Source: Burkholderiales bacterium (GTDB taxonomy: Bacteria > Pseudomonadota > Gammaproteobacteria > Burkholderiales > SG8-39). From it: a stretch of 64,000 nucleotides of DNA. This document shows, one piece after another, positions 1 to 10,231 of this stretch. Position numbers and translations under genes: made by a program. Position 1 is the first letter of the stretch, and every line of letters starts with the position of its first letter. The stretch is from assembly GCA_036406675.1 (NCBI GenBank), contig DASXAO010000138.1, positions 6,851-70,850 on the forward strand, written 5' to 3'. The notes beneath the pieces were generated by a model. That model made no database searches, was not told the origin of the DNA, and worked only from the letters and a program-made list of their open reading frames with translations.

Positions 1-1
1 G

Positions 2-364
2 TCGCACATGGTGATGAGCTACTCGAAGAATCAGAAGGCGGCGAAGGAGTTCCTGAAGTGGATCCACACGCCGGCCAACTACGAGAAGTGGTTCCTCTCG
101 CAGAAGGGCTACTCCACCCCGCCCACGGCGCAATGGGAGAAGCACAAGATGTGGGACGAGGATCCGGTGATGGCGCCGTTCAAGATCGCCGCCAAGCTCG
201 GCCTTTCGCCGGGCTACGCCGGCCCGCCGAACCGCAAGTCGGCCGAGGTGCTGACCAAGTACATCATCACCGACATGTACGCCAAGGCGGTGCAGGGCAT
301 GTCGGCCGAAGAGGCGGTGAAGTGGGCGGCCGAGGAGGTCGGCAAGGTGTACGCGGGCAGCTAG
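2..364 (+). CDS. ABC transporter periplasmic solute-binding protein, C-terminal fragment (5' end outside window)
   Basis: The frame is open from the window edge to TAG at 362-364. The tail (KAAKEFLKWIHTPANYEKWF...AEEAVKWAAEEV) resembles the C-terminal lobe of sugar-type binding proteins. Two permease genes and an ATPase gene follow directly. Confidence 0.75.
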   Translation, partial: SHMVMSYSKNQKAAKEFLKWIHTPANYEKWFLSQKGYSTPPTAQWEKHKMWDEDPVMAPFKIAAKLGLSPGYAGPPNRKSAEVLTKYIITDMYAKAVQGMSAEEAVKWAAEEVGKVYAGS

Positions 365-368
365 GCCC

Positions 369-1265
369 GTGTTCGCTGCAACCCGCAGCCGGATACTCGA
401 GCGCGAGGGCGCGCTCGCGTTCTGGCTGCTGTTCCCCACGCTCGCGCTGCTGACGCTGTTCATCGCCTACCCGTTCGTGCGCGGCGTCTGGCTCTCGCTC
501 ACCGACTCCACGGTGGGCGAGCCGGGCCATTTCATCGGCCTGCGCAACTTCGCCAAGATCCTCGACGACTCGATCTTCCGCACCGCGGCGATCAACACTT
601 TCGTCTATACCGGCGTCACCACGGTCTTCAAGCTGGCGCTCGGCCTGTGGCTCGCGCTGCTCCTCAACCGGAATTTCCGCGGCAAGTCCTGGGTGCGCGC
701 CTTCGTCCTGCTGCCGTTCATCATCCCCACGGTGCTCTCGACGCTGGCGTGGAAGTGGATGTTCGACCCCACCTTCAGCGTCTTCAACTGGCTGTTCTGG
801 AAGCTCTCGATCATCAATTCGCGCATCAACTGGCTGGGCGACCCGGATCTCGCCATGGCGTCGATCTCGCTGGTGAACATCTGGCGCGGCGTGCCGTTCT
901 ACGCCATCAGCCTGCTCGCCGGTCTGCAGACCATCAGCCCCGACCTGCACGAGGCGGCGGCGATCGACGGCGCCAATCGCTGGAAGCGCTTCTGGTTCGT
1001 CACCTGGCCGCTGCTCCTACCGGTGACGATGGTGGTGGTGCTGTTCTCCATCATCCAGACCTTCGCCGACTTCCAGCTGGTCTACGTGCTGACCGGGGGC
1101 GGCCCGGCGAATGCGACGCAGCTCTTCGCCACCTACGCCTACCAGATCGGCGTCGGCACCGGCCTGCTGTCGGAAGGCGCGGCGATCTCGCTGGCGATGT
1201 TCCCCGCGCTCCTGCTGGTGGTCGTGTTCCAGCTCTGGTACATCCGCAGAGTCGAGAACCGGTAA
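369..1265 (+). CDS. carbohydrate ABC transporter permease (MalF/UgpA-like)
   Basis: 298 aa ORF with a GTG start 4 nt after the upstream stop. It has multiple hydrophobic helices and an EAA-type loop (LHEAAAIDGANRWKRFWFVTWPLL). Confidence 0.85.
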   Translation: MFAATRSRILEREGALAFWLLFPTLALLTLFIAYPFVRGVWLSLTDSTVGEPGHFIGLRNFAKILDDSIFRTAAINTFVYTGVTTVFKLALGLWLALLLNRNFRGKSWVRAFVLLPFIIPTVLSTLAWKWMFDPTFSVFNWLFWKLSIINSRINWLGDPDLAMASISLVNIWRGVPFYAISLLAGLQTISPDLHEAAAIDGANRWKRFWFVTWPLLLPVTMVVVLFSIIQTFADFQLVYVLTGGGPANATQLFATYAYQIGVGTGLLSEGAAISLAMFPALLLVVVFQLWYIRRVENR

Positions 1266-1288
1266 TGACCAGCTCGGCGAGCCGCTAG

Positions 1289-2140
1289 ATGATCGAAGGC
1301 GCGAAGTGGAAGAAGTGGCTCTGGTTCTACCTGCCGCTGGGCGCGTTCATCTTCGGCCTGCTGTTCCCGTTCTACTGGATGGCGGTGACCACCATGCGGC
1401 CCGACGGCGAGCTCTACCGGCCGTGGAACCACCCGCTCTACTCGCCGTTCTGGACCGCCCACCCGACCTTCGACCACATCAAGAACCTGGTGCAGGAGAC
1501 GCTGTTCAACCAGTGGATGTGGAACACCATGCTGATCTCGCTCGCGGCGACGCTCATCTCGCTGGTGTGCGGCGTGTTCGCGGGCTACGCGCTGGCGCGG
1601 CTCAAGTTCCGCTACGCCGGGCTGCTCGGCACCGCGATCTTCGTCACCTACCTGGTGCCGCAGACGCTGCTGTTCATCCCGCTCGCCGACATCATCCGCG
1701 AGTACCGCCTCGGCGACACGCCCTGGGCGCTGATCCTCACCTATCCGACCTTCCTCATCCCGTTCTGCACCTGGCTGATGATGGGCTACTTCAAGACCAT
1801 CCCGAAGGAGCTCGAGGAATGCGCGCGCATCGACGGCGCGGCGCGCTGGCAGGCGATGATCTACATCATCTTCCCGATCGCGGTGCCGGGCATCCTCTCC
1901 GCCGGCATCTTCGCCTTCACGCTGTCGTGGAACGAGTTCATCTACGCCCTGGTGTTCCTTTCCTCCCCGGAGCAGAAGACCGTCCCCGTCGGCGTGGTGT
2001 CGGAGCTGATCCGGGGCGACGTGTTCTTCTGGGGGCCGCTGATGGCGGGCGCGCTGATCGGCTCGATCCCGGTGGCGATCGTCTATTCCTTCTTCGTCGA
2101 GTACTACGTCACCGGCATGACCGGCAGCGTCAAAGGCTGA
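1289..2140 (+). CDS. carbohydrate ABC transporter permease (MalG/UgpE-like)
   Basis: 283 aa ORF with an EAA loop (LEECARIDGAARWQAMIYIIFPIAVPG). It lies between the first permease and the ATPase gene. Confidence 0.85.
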   Translation: MIEGAKWKKWLWFYLPLGAFIFGLLFPFYWMAVTTMRPDGELYRPWNHPLYSPFWTAHPTFDHIKNLVQETLFNQWMWNTMLISLAATLISLVCGVFAGYALARLKFRYAGLLGTAIFVTYLVPQTLLFIPLADIIREYRLGDTPWALILTYPTFLIPFCTWLMMGYFKTIPKELEECARIDGAARWQAMIYIIFPIAVPGILSAGIFAFTLSWNEFIYALVFLSSPEQKTVPVGVVSELIRGDVFFWGPLMAGALIGSIPVAIVYSFFVEYYVTGMTGSVKG

Positions 2141-2152
2141 ATGCGGGGTTGA

Positions 2153-3216
<1,064 letters not shown>

Positions 3217-3220
<4 letters not shown>

Positions 3221-4053
3221 GCTTCCGCTATCCGATCGCCGATGCCCACATGCACGTGTGGGATCCGCACGCGCATTACTACCCGTGGCTGTGCGACGAG
3301 CGGCCGATCCCGTTCCGCTACGGCGACTACGGCAAGCTCCGACGCCGCTACCTGGTCGACGACTACCGCGCCGACACCGCCGGCTGGCGGGTGTCGCACG
3401 CGGTCTACATCGAGGCCGAGTGGGATCCGCGCGATCCGCGCGGCGAGATGGATTTCCTGGAAAGAATCAGGAAGGCGAGCTCGTTTCCGACCGTCGCCGT
3501 CGCACAAGCGTGGCTCGACCGGGAAGACTGCGCCGAGGTGCTCGAAGCGCACACGCGGCACGGCTTCGTGCGCGGCGTGCGCCACAAGCCTCGGCCCGGG
3601 ATGATGGACGATGCCCGCTGGCGCGCAGGCTTCGCGCGCCTCGCCCGGCTCGGCCTGCACTTCGAGCTGCAGGCGCCGTTCCCGCAGCTCGGGGAGGCTG
3701 CGCGCCTGGCGCGCGATTTCCCCGATACCACGATCGTGCTGAACCACGCCGGGCTGCCTTCCGCCAGCGGCGCGCGCGAATGGCGCTCGGCGATGGCCGG
3801 GCTCGCCGCCTGCTCCAACGTCGCGGTGAAGATTTCGGGCATGGGGGTCCCGGTGCGGGAATTCGTGCTCGGGGTGCTCGAGCTGTTCGGCGTCGAGAGG
3901 ACGATGTTCGCGAGCAACTACCCGGTGGACAGCCTGCGCGCCAGCTTCACGACGATCTACGCCGGCTTCGAGGAGATCACCCGCGGCATGGCCGAGGCAG
4001 AGCGCCGCGCGCTCTTCTACGACAACGCGCTGCGCATCTACAGGATGAGGTGA
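3217..4053 (+). CDS. amidohydrolase-2 family protein (COG3618-like sugar lactonase candidate)
   Basis: This is the 3' part of the 1111..4053 frame. The sequence IADAHMHVWDP...NHAG...FASNYPVD is typical of metal-dependent amidohydrolase-2 lactonases. The first ATG (3250) lies inside the HxH metal motif, so a non-ATG start upstream (CTG 3217) is suspected. The start is uncertain. Confidence 0.72.
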
Positions 4054-4056
4054 GCC

Positions 4057-4923
4057 ATGGAAGCAAAACCTTTCAAGCTCGGTTACGTCGGGGTCGGCCT
4101 GATGGGCCTGCCGATGGTGCAGCGCCTCGCCGGGCTCGGCTGGCGCGTGCGAGCCTACGACATCGTGCCGGAGCGCGTGGCTCAATCCGGAGCGCAGGCG
4201 TGTGCGTCGGCCGCCGGCGTCGCGTCCGAGGCGGACGTCGTCTTGCTCAACCTTCCGACCAACGATGCGGTCATCGATGCCATGTTCAGCCCGCGCGGCG
4301 CCGTGAAGACGCTGCGTCCGCCGCAGCTCGTGGTCGACTTCTCCACCATTCCGGTCGAGGCCTGCCGCGCCCATGCCGCGCGCCTCGAAACGGAAACCGG
4401 CTGCCGCTGGGTCGACGCCCCGGTGTCGGGCGGCCCGCCCGCGTCGGGCGCCGGGACGCTGACCGTCATGGCGGGCGGCACGGAGGCAGACATTGCGCGG
4501 CTCGCGCCGCTCATGCGCGACATCGCCGGCCGCTGCACCCGCGTCGGCCCCGTCGGCGCCGGGCTCGCCGCCAAGATGATCAACCAGCTCGTCGTCGGCG
4601 TCGGCCACGCCATGCTCGCCGAGGCGGTGGCGCTGTGCGAGAAGGCCGGCATCGACGCGGCGCGCATCCCCGATTGCCTCGCCGGCGGCTACGCCGACAG
4701 CAACCTGATGCAAGCCTACTGGCCGCGGATGGCGCAGCGCGACTTCGCGCCGCGCGGCTACGTGCGCCAGCTTCTGAAAGACCTCGAGATGGTGGCGAAA
4801 TGGGGCGGCGCGCTCGAGGCCACCACGCCCATGCTCACCCAGGCGCTGTTCCTCTATCGCGAGCTCGCGAAGCGCGGCCACGCCGAGCTCGACAGCTCGG
4901 CCATCCGCAAGCTCTACGACTAA
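4057..4923 (+). CDS. NAD(P)-dependent oxidoreductase, 3-hydroxyisobutyrate/6-phosphogluconate dehydrogenase family
   Basis: 288 aa with an N-terminal Rossmann motif (GYVGVGLMGLPM). GAGG sits upstream of the ATG, which is 3 nt after the upstream stop. Confidence 0.8.
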   Translation: MEAKPFKLGYVGVGLMGLPMVQRLAGLGWRVRAYDIVPERVAQSGAQACASAAGVASEADVVLLNLPTNDAVIDAMFSPRGAVKTLRPPQLVVDFSTIPVEACRAHAARLETETGCRWVDAPVSGGPPASGAGTLTVMAGGTEADIARLAPLMRDIAGRCTRVGPVGAGLAAKMINQLVVGVGHAMLAEAVALCEKAGIDAARIPDCLAGGYADSNLMQAYWPRMAQRDFAPRGYVRQLLKDLEMVAKWGGALEATTPMLTQALFLYRELAKRGHAELDSSAIRKLYD

Positions 4924-4980
4924 TCCCGAGATCAGGGACAGACCACGTTTCTTTTGTCCTGGCGGCCTCGTCGGCGACGA

Positions 4981-4998
4981 ATGGGACCAAGGTCCCAT
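4981..4998. repeat. short perfect palindrome ATGGGACC-AA-GGTCCCAT
   Basis: 8-bp arms read directly, in the gap between the dehydrogenase gene and the DUF2780 gene. The core GGGAC..GTCCC resembles the family-2 palindromes at 38.1 kb and 63.8 kb. Confidence 0.35.
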
Positions 4999-5054
4999 AG
5001 ATAGAGTCGCGGTGCCGCAGATACGCTAGCCGACTCATAGAAGGAGCCGACTGC

Positions 5055-5489
5055 ATGAACCGCAATCTCGCCGTTGCAGCGCTGCTAGTCTGGGCGGTCC
5101 TTCTGGCCGCCTGCTCGTCGATGGAATCGATGATGGGAATGGGGTCGAGCGCGAGCCTTCCATCCACCCTGACCAAGCAACTCGGTGTGAACGAAAGCCA
5201 GGCCGCCGGCGGAACCGGGGCGATCCTCGCGTTTGCGCAGCAAAGGCTCGCCGCCGGCGATTTCGACCTGATCGCCAAGGCGATTCCGGGCTCCGAGCAG
5301 TACCTGGGCCTGGCCAAGCAGCTGCTCGGCGGAATGAACATCAACGACAAGGCCGGACTGCAGAGCGCGTTTTCCAAGATGGGCATGAGCCCCGACATGC
5401 TGAGCAAGTTCACGCCGATCGTCACCGACTACGTCAACAAGGCGGGAGGCGCCCAGGCGGGCAGCCTGGTCGCCGGGTTGTTGAAATAG
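5055..5489 (+). CDS. DUF2780-like lipoprotein
   Basis: 144 aa with a signal peptide and lipobox (LLAAC). GAAGGAG lies upstream of the ATG. The pattern LTKQLGVNESQAAGGTGAILAFAQQRL matches my recollection of the DUF2780 family. Confidence 0.6.
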   Translation: MNRNLAVAALLVWAVLLAACSSMESMMGMGSSASLPSTLTKQLGVNESQAAGGTGAILAFAQQRLAAGDFDLIAKAIPGSEQYLGLAKQLLGGMNINDKAGLQSAFSKMGMSPDMLSKFTPIVTDYVNKAGGAQAGSLVAGLLK

Positions 5490-5492
5490 CGG

Positions 5493-6581
5493 CTATTCGC
5501 CGAGCGCGCGGTTGACGCGCGGGAGCACCTCTTCGGCCATCAGCTCCATCGACCGGCGCATCGCCTCGCGATCGGTCCAGTCGTGGCCGACGTACAGGAG
5601 CGTGCCGAACGGACCTATCACATCTCGCCAGGCGAGCAGCTTGTCGACTACCTCGTCGACCGTGCCCGCGATCAGCAGGTTCGACACCAGGTACTCGTCC
5701 GTGAGCGCCTCGTCCGGCACGGCGGGGTCATGCTTCAAGAGCGCGTTGCCGCGGGTTCTCTGCGCCTTCCTCTGTAGATTGCGGAAGTAGTAGGCGAAGG
5801 GATTGCCCGCGTCGTGCGTCATGCGACGCACGGTTGCCTTGTCGTCACCGACGAAGATGCTCTTCGCGACGCGCCAGTCCTGCGGCCGCGCAACGCGGTT
5901 CGCGCGCGCGCAGCCCTCGGCGTATTTCGGCCAGTGCGTCTTGATCACCCAGGGTTGCACGAAGTTCGCGGAGATCGGCGTCCAGCCGCGCGCGGCTGCA
6001 GCAGCGATACCGTTCGAGGCCGGCAGGATCGAAGTGACGACGATCGGCGGATGCGGCTTCTGGAAGGGCTTGAGCATCCCACCCATGCCCAGATCCGGCG
6101 CCCAGGTGCGCTCGGTGCTCAGGCGCCAGCGCTTGCCCTGCAGCCGGTAGGGCGGCTCCTGCGTCCACAGCGCGATCATGTGGTCCATCGCCTCGACGAA
6201 GATCGCGTTCCGATCCTCGTCCATCGTCTGCATCATCTCGGCGTCGGAGGGCAGCCCACCCGGCCCGACCCCGAGGATGAAGCGGCCCTCGAGCAGGGTG
6301 TCCACCATCGCGATCTCCGCCGCCGTGATCGCGGGATGGCGATTGGCCAGGTTCACCGTGCCGCTGCCGAGCTTGATGCGCCTGGTGTCGCGCGCGAGCG
6401 TGGCGATGAAGATCAGGCACGAGGTGATGGTCTCGGCGAGGTCGGTGACGTGCTCGCCGATGAACGCCTCCTCGTAGCCCAGACGCTCGGCAAGCAGCAC
6501 CGCCTCGCGGTCCTCGGCGAGGGTCTGGCGCCACTCGCGTCCGACCGCGTGCAGGGGCATCGTGAAATAGCCGAGCTTCAT
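5493..6581 (-). CDS. LLM-class (luciferase-like) flavin-dependent oxidoreductase
   Basis: 362 aa. MKLGYFTMPLH...LGYEEAFIGEH is typical of luciferase-like monooxygenases and looks like the LimB-type subgroup rather than SsuD. It starts 13 nt downstream of dctM on the same strand. Confidence 0.8.
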   Translation of the reverse strand: MKLGYFTMPLHAVGREWRQTLAEDREAVLLAERLGYEEAFIGEHVTDLAETITSCLIFIATLARDTRRIKLGSGTVNLANRHPAITAAEIAMVDTLLEGRFILGVGPGGLPSDAEMMQTMDEDRNAIFVEAMDHMIALWTQEPPYRLQGKRWRLSTERTWAPDLGMGGMLKPFQKPHPPIVVTSILPASNGIAAAAARGWTPISANFVQPWVIKTHWPKYAEGCARANRVARPQDWRVAKSIFVGDDKATVRRMTHDAGNPFAYYFRNLQRKAQRTRGNALLKHDPAVPDEALTDEYLVSNLLIAGTVDEVVDKLLAWRDVIGPFGTLLYVGHDWTDREAMRRSMELMAEEVLPRVNRALGE

Positions 6582-6594
6582 GACACTCGATTTG

Positions 6595-7914
6595 CTATTT
6601 CAGCAGCTCGGGCGCGATCAGCCTCGGCAGGATGAGCGGGATCTCCGGCCAGATGATGATCGCCGCCAGCATGAGCAGCATCGGCACCAGCATGATCACG
6701 GTGTCCTTGAGCGCGAACTTGAGCGGTACCTTCGCCACCGCGCACGAGATCATCAGGCACAGGCCGTAGGGCGGCGTCACCAGGCCGAAGGCGAGCGAGA
6801 CGATGCCGATGATCGCGAAGTGGATCGGGTGCATGTTCACCGACTGCGCGAGCGGCTGCAGGATGGTGCCGACGATGATGATCGCCGGGATCGCGTCGAG
6901 GAAGCAGCCCACCACGAGAAAGACGAAGGCGATGAAGAAGCCGACGCCGGTGATGCCCATGCCCCAGGCCGTCACGTTCGAGAGCAGCGCTTTCGGAATC
7001 TGGTAGTAGGCGAGCAGCCAGCCGAATGCGGACGCGGTGCCCACGCAGAAGAGGGCCACGGCCGACAGCCGGCCGGTCTCGAGCAGCGAGTGATAAAGCT
7101 GCTTCCAGCCCATCTCGCGGTAGAAAAAGGAGGAAAGCACCACGGCATAGAGCACCGCGATGGCGGCCGACTCCGTGGCGGTGAACCAGCCGAGCAGGAT
7201 GCCGCCGACGATGATGAACGGGGTGAAGAGCGCCGGCAGCGACTCCCACCCCGAGCGGAAGAACTCCTTGAGCGTGGCGCGCGGATAGACCGGGTAGTTG
7301 TAGATCTTCGAGTAGACATGCACGGTCGCCATCTGCGCCGCGGCGATGAGCAGCCCCGGCAGGATGCCCGCGAGGTACATGGCGCCGATCGAGGTCGAGA
7401 TCACGCCTCCCCAGACGATCATCAGGATCGAAGGCGGGATGATCACCGCGAGCACCGCCGACACTGCCGTGATGGCGATCGAGAACGAAAGGCCGTAGCC
7501 CTCCTTTACCTGCGCGTCGATGAAGATCTTCGACTGGCTGGCCGCGTCCGCGGTCGAGGAGCCCGAGATGCCGGCGAAGAACACCGACAGCAGCACGTTG
7601 ATCTGCGCCAGCGCGCCGGGAAAGTGTCCCACCATGGTGCGCGACAGCCTCACCAGGCGGTCGGTGATGCCGCCGATGTTCATCAGGTTGGCGGTGAGCA
7701 GGAAGAACGGCACCGCCAGCAGGATGAAGGAGTTGTAGGCGTTGAAAGTCTCCTGCACCAGGTTCTGCATCGAGAGCCGCTCCTCGAGGAGCATCAGTGG
7801 CAGGCAGGCGAGGCCGAGCGCGAAGGCCACCGGCACGCGCAGCACGAGGAGCACGAAAAAGACGCCGAACAGGATCAGCGCCGCGCTCGAGGGTGCGAGC
7901 AGCCCGGCGCTCAT
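6595..7914 (-). CDS. dctM: TRAP transporter large permease
   Basis: The internal ATG at 7914 gives a 439 aa polytopic protein (MSAGLLAPSSAALILFGVFF...). Its ATGA overlaps the dctQ stop. The longer 485 aa ORF has an Arg/Gly-rich non-membrane extension, which I rejected. Confidence 0.85.
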   Translation of the reverse strand: MSAGLLAPSSAALILFGVFFVLLVLRVPVAFALGLACLPLMLLEERLSMQNLVQETFNAYNSFILLAVPFFLLTANLMNIGGITDRLVRLSRTMVGHFPGALAQINVLLSVFFAGISGSSTADAASQSKIFIDAQVKEGYGLSFSIAITAVSAVLAVIIPPSILMIVWGGVISTSIGAMYLAGILPGLLIAAAQMATVHVYSKIYNYPVYPRATLKEFFRSGWESLPALFTPFIIVGGILLGWFTATESAAIAVLYAVVLSSFFYREMGWKQLYHSLLETGRLSAVALFCVGTASAFGWLLAYYQIPKALLSNVTAWGMGITGVGFFIAFVFLVVGCFLDAIPAIIIVGTILQPLAQSVNMHPIHFAIIGIVSLAFGLVTPPYGLCLMISCAVAKVPLKFALKDTVIMLVPMLLMLAAIIIWPEIPLILPRLIAPELLK

Positions 7915-8429
7915 TCCGCGGCCTTCAGGTGCGTCGCCTCGGGCTTGGGCGGCGCCCGGCCGGCGAGGACCCTCGCCGCGTCCCGCATGCGCTCGCTCTG
8001 GAACACGAGCCAGGTCAGGCCCGTGATCGGCCAGGCGACGTGGATCATCCACAGCGGCAGGTCGGCGAGCTCGGAGACGCGATTCCAGGCGAAACGCGTG
8101 AACTCCCAGCCCGCCCAGAGGAAAACGAAAGCGAAGAGCAGGATGAAGACGCCTGCCGCGAGCTGCAGCGCGGCGGTGCCCTTCGCGCCGAGCTCCGGCC
8201 AGACGTCGACTTCGAAATGCGAGCCCTCGCGCACACCGATCATCGCGCCGATCATCACCATCCAGATGAAGAGGAAGCGCGCCATTTCCTCGGTCCAGAT
8301 ATAGGCCGGGATCAGCTGCGTGTAGCGCGAAAAGATCTGCAGGCTGACCGGGACGATCAGCACCGCGACCGAGGACGCGAGCAGCCAGGACAGCAGCCGC
8401 GCGTACCAGCGCGTAATGTTCTTAAGCAA
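7911..8429 (-). CDS. dctQ: TRAP transporter small permease
   Basis: 172 aa with four hydrophobic helices and an apparent TTG start 3 nt after the dctP stop. It sits between dctP and dctM. Confidence 0.78.
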   Translation of the reverse strand: MLKNITRWYARLLSWLLASSVAVLIVPVSLQIFSRYTQLIPAYIWTEEMARFLFIWMVMIGAMIGVREGSHFEVDVWPELGAKGTAALQLAAGVFILLFAFVFLWAGWEFTRFAWNRVSELADLPLWMIHVAWPITGLTWLVFQSERMRDAARVLAGRAPPKPEATHLKAAE

Positions 8430-8432
8430 CGA

Positions 8433-9407
8433 TTACTTGATGGCGTTGATCTTGGCGTAGATCTGGTCGGCGCCGATCTCCTTCGCGTACGCCGCCATCA
8501 CCGGATCGGCGAGCTTCTTCATCTGGTCGCGGTCGGTGAACTTGACGCGCTTCAGCTTGCCCGCCTTCTCCAGCGCGACCAGCTTCGCCTCGTCCTCGCT
8601 CGACTCGAGCTTGCGGCCATAGGCGCCGGCTTCCTTGCCGGCCTTCAGGATCGCCTGCTGCATGGCCTTGTCCAATTTATTGAACGTCTTGGTCGAGAAG
8701 CAGATCGGCCGGATGGTGATCGCGTGCTGCGTGATCGAGAGCTGCGGTGCGACCTCGTAGAATTTCATCTGCTCGACACCGGCGGCCTCGTTCTCGCCGG
8801 CGGCGATGACGTTGTTCTGGATCGCGTTGTAGATCTCGTTGTAGGCGATCACGGTCGGCGCCATGCCGATGGCGGTGAAGGTCTTCGACCAGATCGGCGC
8901 GCCCTGCACGCGTACCTTGAGGCCCTTCATCTCCTTGAGGTTGCGCACCGGCTTGTTGACGAAGATGTTGCGCGTGCCGCCGCCGGCGTAGCCGATCAGC
9001 ATTACCTCGGCTTTCTGGTTGATCTCGTCGGCTACCGGCTTGAGGAGATCGGCGTCGAGCACCTTGTTCCAGTGGTCGAGGTCGCGGAACAGGAACGGCG
9101 CGTCGATGAACGGCGCCGCCTTGGAGAAGGTCGACATGTGCGCCGGCGAGACGATGCCGTAGTCGACCGCCTTGCCCTGCGCCATGTATTCGAAGTACTG
9201 CTTTTCCAGGCCGAGCTCGCTGTTCTTGTGCAGCACCCAGTTGGTCTTCTTCCCGGAATACTTGTCGGTCAGCTCCTGGAAGCGCACCAGCGCCCGCGTG
9301 AACACGTGCTCGTCGGGAAACTGCACCGCGCCGTGCAGCGTGAGCTGCGCATTCGCGTTCAGCGAGACGACGAAGCCGGCCGCGGCAAGAAGCATCCCCT
9401 TCCTCAT
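8433..9407 (-). CDS. dctP: TRAP transporter substrate-binding protein (DctP family)
   Basis: The ATG at 9407 is preceded by GGAGGAGGGGAGAT. The 324 aa protein has a signal peptide (MRKGMLLAAAGFVVSLNANA) and DctP-like sequence. Its ATGA overlaps the upstream TauD-like gene stop. Confidence 0.85.
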   Translation of the reverse strand: MRKGMLLAAAGFVVSLNANAQLTLHGAVQFPDEHVFTRALVRFQELTDKYSGKKTNWVLHKNSELGLEKQYFEYMAQGKAVDYGIVSPAHMSTFSKAAPFIDAPFLFRDLDHWNKVLDADLLKPVADEINQKAEVMLIGYAGGGTRNIFVNKPVRNLKEMKGLKVRVQGAPIWSKTFTAIGMAPTVIAYNEIYNAIQNNVIAAGENEAAGVEQMKFYEVAPQLSITQHAITIRPICFSTKTFNKLDKAMQQAILKAGKEAGAYGRKLESSEDEAKLVALEKAGKLKRVKFTDRDQMKKLADPVMAAYAKEIGADQIYAKINAIK

Positions 9408-10231
9408 GATCTCCCCTCCTCCTTGATGGTGATGCGCCACAGTGTACGCGGATCGTTCGGGTCGGTGAGCGTCGCCGAGTGCAGGAGCGAGGCGTTGTCC
9501 CAGATCACCATGTCGCCCTTGCCGTACCTGAGGCGGAGCTGATACTTCTCCTGCGTGGCATGGCGCTTGAGCTCGTCGAGCAGGTCGAGCGCCTCGTCCT
9601 GCGGCATGCCCTCGATGCCGAACGAGCTTCCCGACACCGAATACAGGGCGGTGCGCCCGGTGATTGGATGCCTGCGCGCAAGTTTGTGCCTGACCCATTT
9701 CATCTTCCCCTCCTGCTCTTCGGTCAGCACCGAGGCCACCGTGCGAGAGGACGCGTCGAGATCGTCTCGGTTGCCGTAGTGATGCAACGCAACAAGATCC
9801 CGGATCCTGGCTTTGAGGGAAGAGGGAAGATCGTCATAGGCGGCGTACTGGTCCGCGAACAGCGTGTCGCCGCCCTTTTTCGGTACCTCGATCGAATAGA
9901 GCAGCGTCGCGCGCGCCGGCACGTCGAGGTACGAATAGTCGGTGTGGAAGTAGGTGCCGGCGTCGGCCAGGCCGATCGGCTCTCCGTTCTTCTTGCGGTT
10001 GGAGAGGATGAGGATGTCCGCGTGCTCGGGATGATGGAACTGGTCGATGACGTGCGGCTCGGGCCTGCCGAATTGCTTTGCAAACCCGAGAAAACCACCG
10101 GGTGTGAACTTCTGATTGCGGAGGACCAGCACCTGAGAAGCGAAGAACGCGTCCCGGACCTCGCCAAAATCCGGCGGGATCTCGTCGGACTCGGCGCCGA
10201 AGCCGGCGCCCAGTTTTCTCAGACGCATCAT
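9404..10231 (-). CDS. TauD/TfdA family Fe(II)/2-oxoglutarate dioxygenase
   Basis: 275 aa from MMRLRK. The facial triad is visible: HTD in GTYFHTDYSY, a distal His in NASLLHSAT, and Arg in RTLWRITI. ATGA overlaps occur at both ends. Confidence 0.8.
   Translation of the reverse strand: MMRLRKLGAGFGAESDEIPPDFGEVRDAFFASQVLVLRNQKFTPGGFLGFAKQFGRPEPHVIDQFHHPEHADILILSNRKKNGEPIGLADAGTYFHTDYSYLDVPARATLLYSIEVPKKGGDTLFADQYAAYDDLPSSLKARIRDLVALHHYGNRDDLDASSRTVASVLTEEQEGKMKWVRHKLARRHPITGRTALYSVSGSSFGIEGMPQDEALDLLDELKRHATQEKYQLRLRYGKGDMVIWDNASLLHSATLTDPNDPRTLWRITIKEEGRS

Noticed and set aside
4931-4960. Possible fourth, decayed family-2 element (TCAGGGACAGACCACGTTTCTTTTGTCCT) just after the dehydrogenase gene stop
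   Set aside because: It shares AGGGACAG.CC and a T-rich tail with family 2, but by hand alignment only about 13 of 21 positions match and it does not fold into the family palindrome. It may simply be a weak terminator.
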